From: an uncultured delta proteobacterium
Lineage (GTDB): Bacteria > Desulfobacterota > RBG-13-43-22
NCBI GenBank assembly: GCA_963743305.1
Contig: CAVUPH010000033.1
Location: 86,569 to 150,568 of the forward strand
Direction: 5' to 3'
Length of the DNA: 64,000 nt
Shown here piece by piece: positions 49,565-59,439 of this stretch (positions are counted from its first letter, which is position 1; each line of letters begins with the position of its first letter). Under the pieces are notes generated by a model. The model had not been told where the DNA came from and made no database searches. It was given only the letters and a program-made list of their open reading frames with translations. A program made the translations under genes and the position numbers.

Positions 49565-49872
49565 TTCGCCCTTTTGGGTGGGTACCCCCTATATCTGGTA
49601 TGGCCGCCGGGTCTCGGCGAAAGGGCTTTCCAAGGGTACTCCGGACTTTTAATCCGGGCCCAAGTTACTAATTTCATTTAAAGCAGGCCCATACTCCGAT
49701 TCTTTCGATGCCTCCGAGACCGGCCCTGCCTCCTGAAAAATTTGAAACATGGGGGCCGGGTTAAGACCTTAAAAGCAATATGGAAAACCCTTTCGCCGAG
49801 ACCCGGCGGCCACGGAGATCCGATTTCAGACTAATATACCATGTATTGTGGCCACCCACCCAAAAGGGCGAA
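49565..49872. mobile_element. Nested MITE-like element with two inverted-repeat pairs
   Basis: Outer 19-bp perfect IR at 49565-49583/49854-49872; inner 32-bp IR (31/32) at 49601-49632/49781-49812; no ORF. Confidence 0.7.
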
Positions 49873-49914
49873 CAACCTAAAATATTTTTTGGCAGCCGGT
49901 GCTATGGGTTAGGA

Positions 49915-51258
49915 TCAGATGCCCGGCTTGAATACCAACGGTAAATAACAGGCCAGGGGAGGTCCCCAGAGCCTTAAGACCAGCAGGTCATCCGTGGTCC
50001 CGTTAAATGTGAAACCGGTGACCACGATTTTCCCGTCCTGCTGGAGGGCCAGGCCCAGGCCCCGGGCGATTCCCAGGGCGTCCCCCTGAAACAATACCGT
50101 TCCGTTGACTCCGAAGGTCTCGTCCAAAGTCCCGTTGGCGTTCAACCGGAGGACCAGCACGTCTTCACCGGATCCATCGACCTGAGAACCGACGACCAGA
50201 ATTTTCCCATCCCGCTGGAAGGCCATCCCGTATCCGGAGGCCTGAGCAGTCCCCTTAGCAGGAAAGGTCATCACCCCTTGTGTGCCGAAGGTCAGATCCA
50301 ACGTCCCCTGAGCGGTTAATCGCAGGACGATCAATCGGGGGATATCCGAGGGGTCGGTGCTGACTCCGATGACTACGATTTTCCCATCGGGTTGAACCGA
50401 AACCCCGTACCCGTAATCCGAGCGATCTCCGGCACCGCTGTAGAGGAACACCCCCTGGGTGGCAAAATCGGTATCCGGCGTGCCATCCGGTTTGTAGCGC
50501 AGGGCCAGCAGGTCGTCCTGGGTCTGGATGGTCACCGCGCCCGCGACGACGATCTTTTCATCGTCTTGAACCGTGACGGCGAATCCGCGATCCAAACCTC
50601 CTCCGGAGCCGGGATAAGTTACCACCCCGCCGGCACCGAACGTCCCGTCCAGGATCCCGGTCGGGGTTAGCCGCAGCAGGATTAAATCCTGATTGCTGCC
50701 GTTGGAGCTTTCCCCGGTCACCAGAATCTTTCCGTCCTTCTGAAGGGCGACCCCGAAAGCCAGGTTGGTACCGGGGACGGTACCCGGGTAAACGAACACT
50801 CCCTGGTCGGCAAAACCCGGGTCCGGGGTACCGTCGTCCAGATAACGGAGCACCAGCATATCCCGATCGGTGCCGTTGTAGTATTGCCCGACCGCGATGA
50901 TTTTTCCATCCGTCTGGAGCGCCAGCCCCAACCCCCGATCGTCCCCCTGGCCCCCGTTGTAGGTGACAAACCCGTACCGGTTAAAGGTAGGGTCCAATTT
51001 CCCATCGGGGGTATACCGGACCAGCAGGAGGTCGTCATTGGTGCCGTTGTGGCTATACCCCAGGACCAGGATTTTTCCGTCGCTTTGGACGGCTGTTTCA
51101 ATGCCCCGGTCCCGCCGGTCCGCCGGCCCTTTGAAGAGGACAAAACCGTTCGGAGGATTGAAGGAAAGATCGAGGTCTCCCTGGGCCGCCGCCAGACGCC
51201 CCGGTAGAATGAACAGCAAGAACAATAAACAAACTCCTCCAGCCTTTTTCCCCCTCAT
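49915..51258 (-). CDS. Secreted delta-60 repeat protein with a YLPLVFK tail
   Basis: Signal peptide; about seven (L/V)Q.DGKI(L/V)V.G...R...G.LD.TF...G repeats. Confidence 0.88.
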   Translation of the reverse strand: MRGKKAGGVCLLFLLFILPGRLAAAQGDLDLSFNPPNGFVLFKGPADRRDRGIETAVQSDGKILVLGYSHNGTNDDLLLVRYTPDGKLDPTFNRYGFVTYNGGQGDDRGLGLALQTDGKIIAVGQYYNGTDRDMLVLRYLDDGTPDPGFADQGVFVYPGTVPGTNLAFGVALQKDGKILVTGESSNGSNQDLILLRLTPTGILDGTFGAGGVVTYPGSGGGLDRGFAVTVQDDEKIVVAGAVTIQTQDDLLALRYKPDGTPDTDFATQGVFLYSGAGDRSDYGYGVSVQPDGKIVVIGVSTDPSDIPRLIVLRLTAQGTLDLTFGTQGVMTFPAKGTAQASGYGMAFQRDGKILVVGSQVDGSGEDVLVLRLNANGTLDETFGVNGTVLFQGDALGIARGLGLALQQDGKIVVTGFTFNGTTDDLLVLRLWGPPLACYLPLVFKPGI

Positions 51259-51354
51259 GATCGATTCCTTCCTGTCTTAAATACGAAAATAGAACCCGGC
51301 GCCACTCGGACATTCATCAATAATTAACCATTGAAAAAGAAATTGGTGAGGGTA

Positions 51355-52668
51355 TCAGTTTCCCAGCAACCAATCATAGACCGTTTCACAGATTATCCCC
51401 TTGGCGGACATGGCCGGGAGTTGGTCAAAGGTAAGCGTCAATAACCGTTGCCGGGCCCGCGGAAAATCGCCCTTGGCATCATGCAGAGCCCGCCATTCCC
51501 GATCCGGCGTGTTTCCCGATCCGGTCTCGGAACAGACCTGGATCAGCTCTTCCCGACCGTCGGGGTGCCGGGCGTAGAAATCTACTTCATACCCCAAAGC
51601 CGTGCGAACGTAACCTATTTCAGCCTTGAGTCGTTCGAGCTCGTGCAAGACGATCGTTTCCAGGGCGTGGCCGACATTCGTCCGGCCCGAGCGATCAAAG
51701 GCTCCGATCAGGCCGGTATCCACCGGATAGACCTTGCGGGGGTTCGAGTTCCGACGCCGTTCCGAATCCGTGGCCACCGCGACGGCGCTGATGAGAAAGG
51801 CATCCTGTAGATGACCCATCATGGCGTGCAAAGCATCCTTGGCGACACCCAGCCCCTGGGCCTTCAAGTCGAGATGCAAGCGATGGACACTGAGGTTTCC
51901 GGCTGGACTTCGCAAACACTGACGCGTCAACCAGCGAAGGGCCGCTATTTGGGTAATCCCGTGCCGTTCGATGATGTCCCTGAAAATTACCGTGTCTACA
52001 TAGCCCTGCAGCAATTCTCCCCGCAATTCCCCGGTCAGCCCTTGAGCCTCCGGAAACCCGCCGACGGCCAAATACTCACGGAATTCTTTCTCGATCCGAG
52101 ACCGATCAGTCGTCGTAAATTCCCGGGCGCGTTTCGCCGGCTCCACTCCCCGGTGCCGCAGAAATTCCCTGAAGCTGAAGGGTCTGATCACGGTCTCCAT
52201 CCCCCGACCACGCAGCGAGGTATGAACCTCGCGGCTCAGCATACGGGCGGACGATCCGGATACCACGATTTCCACCCGCTCCGTATCCAGGACCCGGCGG
52301 ATAAATCGCTCCCAGCCCTTCACCAGTTGAATTTCGTCCAGGAGCCACCAGACCGTCTCCCGGCCCCGCAACTCAGGATAACGCCGGTAATACTCCTCCA
52401 ACGCCAGGCCCAGTTGCTCCAACGGGAGGTCGGACAAGCGGTCGTCGTCAAAGCTTAGATAGACCACGCGCTCCGACGGGACTGAAGTGCGAAAATCTCC
52501 CTGCAACTGCCGCAGGAAGGTGGTCTTCCCCGCCCGTCGCATGCCGATTACCGCCTGGACTTTCCCGGGAACGGCCGGCAGCACTGCGTCCCGGCGCGTA
52601 GCCTGGAAGCCCACATCGGCCAGAACAGCCGCATTCAATTTTTCATTCAGGATCGGATGGAGGTCCAT
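51355..52668 (-). CDS. AAA_14/DUF4143 ATP-binding protein
   Basis: GMRRAGKT, LDEIQ, SGSS, GGFPE, KVYPVDTG and EVDF motifs. Confidence 0.88.
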   Translation of the reverse strand: MDLHPILNEKLNAAVLADVGFQATRRDAVLPAVPGKVQAVIGMRRAGKTTFLRQLQGDFRTSVPSERVVYLSFDDDRLSDLPLEQLGLALEEYYRRYPELRGRETVWWLLDEIQLVKGWERFIRRVLDTERVEIVVSGSSARMLSREVHTSLRGRGMETVIRPFSFREFLRHRGVEPAKRAREFTTTDRSRIEKEFREYLAVGGFPEAQGLTGELRGELLQGYVDTVIFRDIIERHGITQIAALRWLTRQCLRSPAGNLSVHRLHLDLKAQGLGVAKDALHAMMGHLQDAFLISAVAVATDSERRRNSNPRKVYPVDTGLIGAFDRSGRTNVGHALETIVLHELERLKAEIGYVRTALGYEVDFYARHPDGREELIQVCSETGSGNTPDREWRALHDAKGDFPRARQRLLTLTFDQLPAMSAKGIICETVYDWLLGN

Positions 52669-52973
52669 AATGAGCTAAAACGTATCCCTAATGTGTCCTT
52701 TTGTCAAGGACCGATTTATAAAAATCGGGTTCTATTATAAGTCCTCAATGGGCCACAAAATTTTTCCACCACCACCAAACCTGAGAAATTTCACTGGACA
52801 TTGCGCAGGGAATGCTGGTGGCTCGTCTTGACCAATATCGGCGCTCCGGTGGATGCTGGCAATGTGCTTGATATCTCGAGTTTCTGAATTTTCTTTAAAG
52901 ATCGTTCTTCCCCAGGCCGATGAACCCATCAAAATCCAGGAATATTTTCAAATTTCTACAGGAGGAATAGCAT

Positions 52974-53381
52974 ATGTCTTTAATCGGCTGGAATGATAAC
53001 CTTAGCCTCCATATCGGAGAGATCGACCGTCAGCATCAGCATCTCGTGAAAATGGTGAATGAACTCAATGACGCCATGCGTCAAGGAAAAGGGAAAGAAG
53101 TCCTTTCCAAGACCTTATCCGGCCTCATCACCTATACCGCCAGCCATTTCGGGACCGAGGAAAAATATTTTAAGCAATATGAATATCCGGCCACGGCCGA
53201 CCACAAGAAGGAGCATCAGGCTTTTGTTGCCAAGGTGGTGGACTTTAAGGAGAAATTCGAAGGAGGACGCGTCGGCTTGAGTATCGAAATCATGAATTTC
53301 TTAAGCGACTGGCTGATAAAGCATATTCAAGGCAGTGATAAACAATACGGCCCTTTTCTTAAGGCCCACGGGTTAAATTAG
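52974..53381 (+). CDS. Bacteriohemerythrin
   Basis: ID.QH, HF..EE, H...H and WL..HI...D. Confidence 0.93.
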   Translation: MSLIGWNDNLSLHIGEIDRQHQHLVKMVNELNDAMRQGKGKEVLSKTLSGLITYTASHFGTEEKYFKQYEYPATADHKKEHQAFVAKVVDFKEKFEGGRVGLSIEIMNFLSDWLIKHIQGSDKQYGPFLKAHGLN

Positions 53382-53481
53382 CCATCTTCCCGGAAGAAAT
53401 TATTGAGGATTGCCTGGGCGTTCGACCTGAGCATCCCGCCACCGCGATTCAACCCGGCCTCTTCTCCACCCCGTCGGCTCA

Positions 53482-53787
53482 CTATCCGTTAGTGGCCACC
53501 AATTCGTAATCGGTGAAGACAACATCTCCACCAACCAGTTCGGGAGAATAAATCGATTGAAAGCGCCTTACGGCCTCCGATTGGCTGTGTATTACCTGGG
53601 CAGCCGCATCGGAAAAAATAAAGATGTGTACAAAGCGGGTAGGATCATCCTTCTGCTGCCAGGCCGCGTACGATCGGGTGCCCGGCTCGTTGGCTTTAAT
53701 ATAGCGGACAAATTCTTCGATGGCCCGCTTGACTTTATCAACGGCCTCCGAATTAACCTGATAGCGCGCGATCTGGTAAATGGGCAT
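53482..53787 (-). CDS. ABM-like (antibiotic biosynthesis monooxygenase fold) protein
   Basis: EPGT..Y, F.H, H..S.A..F; AAGGAGG ribosome-binding site. Confidence 0.75.
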   Translation of the reverse strand: MPIYQIARYQVNSEAVDKVKRAIEEFVRYIKANEPGTRSYAAWQQKDDPTRFVHIFIFSDAAAQVIHSQSEAVRRFQSIYSPELVGGDVVFTDYELVATNG

Positions 53788-53819
53788 GGGATCCTCCTTG
53801 GGGTTGAAGATAGATAGAT

Positions 53820-53930
53820 TTAGTCATTCGGTTTCGTTGCCGAAATTTGCTGCATGAGGTCGTGATAGCTCAGCTCGGACCAGGCCTCGGCGATCATTCC
53901 GTCAACGATCCGGTAGATGATGTCGCCCGT
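53820..53930 (-). pseudogene. SnoaL-like/ester cyclase C-terminal remnant
   Basis: TGDIIYRIVDGMIAEAWSELSYHDLMQQI...stop; no N-terminal half. Confidence 0.55.
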
Positions 53931-53964
53931 GTCGTCTCCTGAGGCGGGTTTCTAGAGAATTGAG

Positions 53965-54228
53965 CTAGGCTCGCCACAACTGGTTATAGGGATTGATCCA
54001 CTCGGCCGCATCCTGCAGGGGGCCGGCGTTCAACCGGCACCGGCTGACCCGGCCTTCCTTCTTCCGGGTGATGAGACTCGCGTCTTCAAGGACCCCGAGA
54101 TGCTTCATGATCGCCGGCAGGGAGGCCTCGAACGGTTCGGCCAACTCCGTGACGGATGTTTCTCCCTGCGCCAGGGGGGCCAGAATCGCCTGCCGAGTCG
54201 GATCGGCAATAGCCGAAAACGTTATATT
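53965..54228 (-). pseudogene. ArsR/SmtB-family regulator lacking a normal start codon
   Basis: FSAIADPTRQAIL...SVTELAEPFEASLPAIMKHLGVLEDASLITRKKEGR; absent from the ORF track. Confidence 0.8.
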
Positions 54229-54552
54229 TTATTGCTGATCAATTATTTTTTTCAAGTGGGCAAATCCGGAGACGGCCGACGGCCACCCGGCGTAAAATGC
54301 AATATGGGTAATCGCCGCCACCAGTTCTTCCTTGGTGAGGCCGTTTTCAAGAGCCTTTTTAAGATGAAACTCAACTTGCTCGATACGATTCAGCGCGACC
54401 AGACAGGTGACGGTAATTAAGCTTTTGTCGCGTTGCGAGAGTTCGGGACGTTTCCAAATATCACCGAAAAGCAAGTCTTGGGTAAGCTGCGCAAATTCCG
54501 GCGCTACCGCCTTTAAGTCATCCAGCCCTTTTTGTTCGTTACCGTTTGCCAT
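54229..54552 (-). CDS. Carboxymuconolactone decarboxylase family protein
   Basis: FGDIW.RP.LS.RD.SL and H...YAGWP. Confidence 0.88.
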   Translation of the reverse strand: MANGNEQKGLDDLKAVAPEFAQLTQDLLFGDIWKRPELSQRDKSLITVTCLVALNRIEQVEFHLKKALENGLTKEELVAAITHIAFYAGWPSAVSGFAHLKKIIDQQ

Positions 54553-54567
54553 AGGGTTCTCCTTATA

Positions 54568-55080
54568 TTAGTCAATTACTTTGGTTCCTGGGGCGCGGCG
54601 TCTGGCAATCCGTCGCCGGAGCGGATCGGGCGCTACGTTGGGAATCTCGGCCTCAACCAGCTTCGCCAGGAGAATGAGTGATTCCTGCCAGCCAAGATAG
54701 CAGGCCTCGAGCGGAATGACATCGGGCAGTCCTTCCTGCACGATATTCAACTCGGTCCCGACGGATACCTTCTTCAAGGTTACCGTGACCTGAATTTCCC
54801 CCGGCAGGTTTGGGTCGTCGAATTGGTCCGTATAGCGAATTCGTTCGTGCGGTATCAGTTCGAGAAACTTTCCGCCGAAGGAATGGCTCTGTCCGGTGGT
54901 GAAATTCGTGAAGGACATCTTATGGGTGCCGCCGACCCGGGCATCCAAGTGGTGAACTTTGCCGGTGAAGCCGTTTGGCGGAAGCCATTTGGCCATGGCG
55001 TCGGCGTCCAGAAACGCCCGGTAAATTCTCTCAGGCGTCGCCCGGAGTACGCGGTGAAGCCGTACGGTATTTGTTGCCAT
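54568..55080 (-). CDS. SRPBCC/AHSA1 family protein
   Basis: LHRVLRATPERIYRAFLD...WLPP...GWQESL. Confidence 0.88.
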   Translation of the reverse strand: MATNTVRLHRVLRATPERIYRAFLDADAMAKWLPPNGFTGKVHHLDARVGGTHKMSFTNFTTGQSHSFGGKFLELIPHERIRYTDQFDDPNLPGEIQVTVTLKKVSVGTELNIVQEGLPDVIPLEACYLGWQESLILLAKLVEAEIPNVAPDPLRRRIARRRAPGTKVID

Positions 55081-55190
55081 GATTTCTTCTCCTTTCGTCT
55101 TGGAGTAAATTCGCCCCCTTTCCCAAGTATTCCTTAAATTACGTGGTTCGTGCGGCCCGACCCAGTCACTATAGCCGATGAAGGGATCAT

Positions 55191-56288
55191 TTACCCTTTG
55201 ATAAGAGGCAAAAAATAAGCGCGACTGGGCTGGATAACGCCGAAAAGACCGTTCGCCTCGCCATTAGGACCGGCCGAGAAGTAGATCTTCTCGACGCTTC
55301 CCGCCGCGCCCCCGTTACCGGTGGTTAAAGCCCAGAGGCCGTCAATGGTAAGTGGATTCCCTCCCTGGTCTAGGAGTTGCCCCCTAAAAGAGTTATTGGC
55401 CAGGTCAAAAGTATTGATTCTCCCGTCGCCGAAATTGCCTACCAGCAGATTCCCGGCGAAGGGACCAAAGGAAGCGGGGGCGATCGCCAGGCCCCAGGGC
55501 GAGTTGAGCGTACCTTGTGTGGCGACCCGGCCGAGGAAGTTTCCATTCGTGTCGAAGGCATCAACGAATCCGTTACCCGGTCCCGGCACGTCATCGTGTT
55601 TGGTCGCATCCTGCAAGGCGTAGGTGACGTATAGGTTCGCACCTAAAAGTTGAATATTGAATGGGGCATATCCCGCCGGGAGATTGGGATCCGTGAAGTT
55701 GCCGGTCAGATCGGGCGCGCCCGGGTTTCCCTTGATCACGTCAATCGTCCCCGCTCGGAAATTGGCCGCGTAAAGATAGGCGTTACCGCCGATCGTCGCC
55801 AGGGCGGCCCCCTTGTAAACGTTCGCCGCGGAGGCAAGAACGAGCGTCTCGGCCGTGGTTCCCAGTGCCCCTCGCCAGCCTGAGATGGTCCCGTCTTCGC
55901 TGACAAATAGGAACGCGTCGCTATTGAAGTTGGTTGTGCCGTTAAAAACTTGGCCCGTGACGGTTCCGGACCCGGGAATGATCACTACGAGCGGAAAAAT
56001 GGTGGCAGCATCGGTCGTGGGGTTTACGCCGTAGAGGGTGGTTACGCCAGCTCCGGTGTCCGAAACCCAGAAGGGGCCCGTGGGGGAGAACGATATACCC
56101 CAGGCGTTCTTGAGGTTAGGGTCGGTCTGCTGGGCAGGATTAATGAGTTGATCATCGGTGACCAGATTGGTCTGCTGGAAGAACTGTGCGGCGTTGGCCG
56201 GGGGGCATAGATACGCCGCAAAGACGATGAAAAGCAGCCCAAGAATTGTAAACAGGCTCCACCGAACGGTTCGGTTCAATTTGGTCAT
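55191..56288 (-). CDS. TIGR03118-family secreted protein with a YFLPLIK tail
   Basis: QTNLV.D, NAWG, TGQVFN, EDGTI.GW, YKG.A, PFN, NSPWG, GNFGDG.I, DGLW and GLFG motifs. Confidence 0.88.
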   Translation of the reverse strand: MTKLNRTVRWSLFTILGLLFIVFAAYLCPPANAAQFFQQTNLVTDDQLINPAQQTDPNLKNAWGISFSPTGPFWVSDTGAGVTTLYGVNPTTDAATIFPLVVIIPGSGTVTGQVFNGTTNFNSDAFLFVSEDGTISGWRGALGTTAETLVLASAANVYKGAALATIGGNAYLYAANFRAGTIDVIKGNPGAPDLTGNFTDPNLPAGYAPFNIQLLGANLYVTYALQDATKHDDVPGPGNGFVDAFDTNGNFLGRVATQGTLNSPWGLAIAPASFGPFAGNLLVGNFGDGRINTFDLANNSFRGQLLDQGGNPLTIDGLWALTTGNGGAAGSVEKIYFSAGPNGEANGLFGVIQPSRAYFLPLIKG

Positions 56289-56545
56289 TTCTTTTCCCTC
56301 CTTTTCCAGGTTATTCATTAAGGATACCTAATCCGAAGCTCGACTTCTATAATCAAAAACTACTATTTCAATGGTAAAAAAATAGTATTTTTGAAATTAC
56401 ACTCAGGCGTTAGATGATATTAGGGAGGGTACCCTTTGTCTGACCTGCGGTGACTGGCGGTCATATTCGACGTAATAGATGCGGAGAATGTTCTTGTTTT
56501 TGCGGTGAATAATCGGCATAATGTCCGCAAGGAGTGCGAAGAATT

Positions 56546-57658
56546 ATGGACTATATCCACGATAAGAAGAATTGGCCAAAACTGACTTGGAGTCCGGAGC
56601 GGCTTGCAGGGCAGCTTGCCGGCGTACGTCATCGTCAGGGACGCCTAGTCGGGCGCATGGAGGGGTTGGGTTTTTCACTCCGCAACGAAGCCGTACTACA
56701 AATCTTGACTGAGGATGTTCTCAAATCCAGTGAAATCGAAGGTGAAAAGCTGGATAGGGACCAAGTGCGATCTTCAATCGCCCGCCGGTTGGGTCTTGAT
56801 TTCGGCGGACTTTCACCGGTTGATCGGCATGTCGAGGGCGTTGTTGAAATAATACTCGACGCCACCGAACATTATGCCGATCCGTTGACTGAAGAACGTC
56901 TATTTGCCTGGCACTCCGCTTTGTTCCCAACTGGGCGCAGTGGTATGAAGAAAATCGTGGTGGGCGGCTGGCGTGACGATAAATCCGATCCCATGCAAGT
57001 GGTTTCCGGCCCGATGGGCCGGGAGAAGGTGCATTATCGGGCTCCCGAGGCTAAGCGGGTTCCCGAGGAAATGCGAGCTTTCCTGAAATGGTTTAACGGA
57101 CCCGAATCTGCCGATCCGGTGCTAAAGGCAGGTCTGGCGCATCTCTGGTTTGTGACGATCCATCCTTTTGAGGACGGTAACGGCCGGATCGCTCGGGCGA
57201 TTGCCGATATGACGCTCGCGCTTTCGGAAAAAACCAGCCAGCGTTTTTATAGTATGTCGGCGCAAATTCGTCTGGAGCGAAAGGTCTACTATAACCTGCT
57301 GGAAAAAACCCAGAAAGGCGGCCTGGATATAACCCCCTGGTTGGAATGGTTCTTGGGCTGCCTGGATCGCGCCATTGACGGCGCAGAACATATCCTGGCC
57401 GGCATCTTCCTCAAGACCGAATTCTGGGAAGCGCATACCCGCAATCCGTTCAATGAACGCCAGCGAGCCATCATCAACAGGCTATTCGACGGTTTTGAAG
57501 GAAAGCTGACTTCTTCCAAATGGGCCAAGTTGGCCAAATGCTCGCAGGATACCGCCCTCAGGGATATCGGCGATCTGGTGAAGCGTGGCGTTTTGTTGAA
57601 AGAGCCCGGCGGCGGTCGCAGCACGAGTTATGCCTTGACAGACCGATGGGCAAGGTGA
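56546..57658 (+). CDS. Fic-family protein (DUF4172 N-terminus, C-terminal HTH)
   Basis: HPFEDGNGRIAR, SSEIEGE and C-terminal DTALRDI..L...GGRSTSY. Confidence 0.92.
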   Translation: MDYIHDKKNWPKLTWSPERLAGQLAGVRHRQGRLVGRMEGLGFSLRNEAVLQILTEDVLKSSEIEGEKLDRDQVRSSIARRLGLDFGGLSPVDRHVEGVVEIILDATEHYADPLTEERLFAWHSALFPTGRSGMKKIVVGGWRDDKSDPMQVVSGPMGREKVHYRAPEAKRVPEEMRAFLKWFNGPESADPVLKAGLAHLWFVTIHPFEDGNGRIARAIADMTLALSEKTSQRFYSMSAQIRLERKVYYNLLEKTQKGGLDITPWLEWFLGCLDRAIDGAEHILAGIFLKTEFWEAHTRNPFNERQRAIINRLFDGFEGKLTSSKWAKLAKCSQDTALRDIGDLVKRGVLLKEPGGGRSTSYALTDRWAR

Positions 57659-57681
57659 GGTCTACGGAAATCAGGAATAGG

Positions 57682-57887
57682 AGGATGCCCGGCTTACCCT
57701 TTCCTCGAGACGAGGCAGGAAGTCCTCCCGGTCTTTCCGGGTTCGAAAGATTTTGGTTCTTTCTATCCCGCGGGCCATGACATGGTGCAGAACACCCGGA
57801 GCGTCTAATCGTGCTTTTCTAGGCATATCCAAATGTTATTAAAGTTATCCGGCTCTGGCATCGCAATCTAGAACCTACGTCCCCTAT
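57682..57887 (-). mobile_element. 5' fragment of a REP-associated tyrosine transposase (RAYT) element, copy A
   Basis: MPRKARLDAPGVLHHVMARGIER from ATG 57826, truncated; element end reads ...acgtccccta; repeated at 61183-61389. Confidence 0.8.
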
Positions 57888-58381
57888 TACTTCGTCCGCT
57901 TCGGCCCCCGTTCAAACCCTGCTTTCAAAGCCGCGGAGGCAATCAGTAACAAGGCCCCGACGACCAGGAGGGCCCACCCCCAGCGGATTTGAATGGATTG
58001 CATAGCCTGGTCGGCCAAACCGCGGAATGGATGGCCGGCCAGCCGCCCGGCCATCTTTTCTTGAAGCGCGACCAATCTAAACTGAATGGTGATAAAGGTA
58101 ACGGCTACAATACCGAGACCTGAAAAGCCGGTGAACCAAAGCCGATTATAGCGGCCGGTCAAACTTAAAAACAAGGAGATGACGGCCAGTATGAGAATGA
58201 GGGGTCCCTCCCATTGGGTGTGTTGGAAGGTATTCAGGGACCCGATAACCGGATAGCTGATAATCGGAGCGAAGACCCCCAGGAATAGCAGGCTTGCCCC
58301 AATAATTCCGAGGAATTGCTTCGGGTCTTGGGAGAGTTTGATCGGGGGATTGGTTTGAAAGCTCTGATGGTTCTCCGGCAT
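57887..58381 (-). CDS. Hypothetical membrane protein
   Basis: About four hydrophobic segments; deleted copy at 49.2 kb. Confidence 0.7.
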   Translation of the reverse strand: MPENHQSFQTNPPIKLSQDPKQFLGIIGASLLFLGVFAPIISYPVIGSLNTFQHTQWEGPLILILAVISLFLSLTGRYNRLWFTGFSGLGIVAVTFITIQFRLVALQEKMAGRLAGHPFRGLADQAMQSIQIRWGWALLVVGALLLIASAALKAGFERGPKRTK

Positions 58382-58501
58382 TACTTTATTCCGTTAAGAG
58401 CCTTTTTGTCTGTCGGGTCTAATATATTTTTTGAAAAATCAATCGGTTCGTCCGGTCCGAGGCCAATGCCGATCTATAAAACCATTCGCCCGATCGGTGT
58501 T

Positions 58502-58790
58502 TCAATCGAGCGCATACGAACCGGTCTGGAAACCTCCCCCACGGCGATACACACTGACAAATACGCCCTTGCTCGTGGTGTAGGAGCGGACGAGCGTGAG
58601 CATGGCCGGCACGGCCCCAACGCCGAAGAGCCGCTTCCCGGTGCCGAGGACCACCGGAAAGGTCAAAAACCGGTATTCGTCGATGAGGAAAGTTCCCACT
58701 CGTGTCCTCGTTCGGGCCACCGGGTGCCTGCATGACTCCATCGAGCGTCAGGAAAGTAGTCAAGGTAAGTTCAGCCGGCAATCCTGTCGG
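58502..58790 (-). pseudogene. Dihydrofolate reductase/RibD C-terminal family, internally deleted
   Basis: [18 protein letters not shown] joined out of frame to [21 protein letters not shown]. Confidence 0.8.
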
Positions 58791-58800
58791 CGATATGGTC

Positions 58801-59439
58801 TCAACTGAACAACCCCACAAGTACCGCGGTCACGATGATCTGCAGTGCAATGATGGTCGTAATCCGGAACGGCCTATGGGCCATAAATCTTTCCGGGCCG
58901 GGTAGGGCTTTAATGAAGAAAGAGGCGTTAGCCAGATTGAATACTACGATTATCCAAAACAGGGCCATACCTCCTCGGTATACCCACCAGCAAAAAATCC
59001 CATAGATGGACTCGAACACGAAGGCCACAACCGGCTTCTTCTCATAGAGCCCCAAGCCGAACTTCCTGCTGCCTGGAATCGGCGATAGGGCAATATCCCG
59101 GGCATGGCTGATCAGATCGAGCACCAGGTGAGAACCTATCCCCAGCGCCACGGCTATTCCTACATTAAGCGCCCCGAAGCCTAAGGCCAAGAGTATCCCT
59201 GCTCCCACCGCCAAAGCCGCCGTGGAGACCACGGAGTGAGAAAACGGCATGTACTCCAGATGCACGTCACTGACCGATTTTACCCTGTTCTCGGTTGTGG
59301 TCTTTTCCACCCCGAGAAAGTTTAAGGCAACCCAGAGGATCTCGATGAGCTGGACGGACACCAGGATTAAGGCCATCGGCACCTCGGGATATATCTTTTT
59401 GATAATCAGGCCGGTGGCCGCGTGATTTATGGCGAACAT
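58801..59439 (-). CDS. Membrane protein, metal-dependent hydrolase-like
   Basis: [13 protein letters not shown] and [10 protein letters not shown] motifs; several TM segments. Confidence 0.7.
   Translation of the reverse strand: MFAINHAATGLIIKKIYPEVPMALILVSVQLIEILWVALNFLGVEKTTTENRVKSVSDVHLEYMPFSHSVVSTAALAVGAGILLALGFGALNVGIAVALGIGSHLVLDLISHARDIALSPIPGSRKFGLGLYEKKPVVAFVFESIYGIFCWWVYRGGMALFWIIVVFNLANASFFIKALPGPERFMAHRPFRITTIIALQIIVTAVLVGLFS

Noticed and set aside
56409-56415. GTTAGAT integron core-like site before fic
   Set aside because: No matching RYYYAAC or stem upstream.
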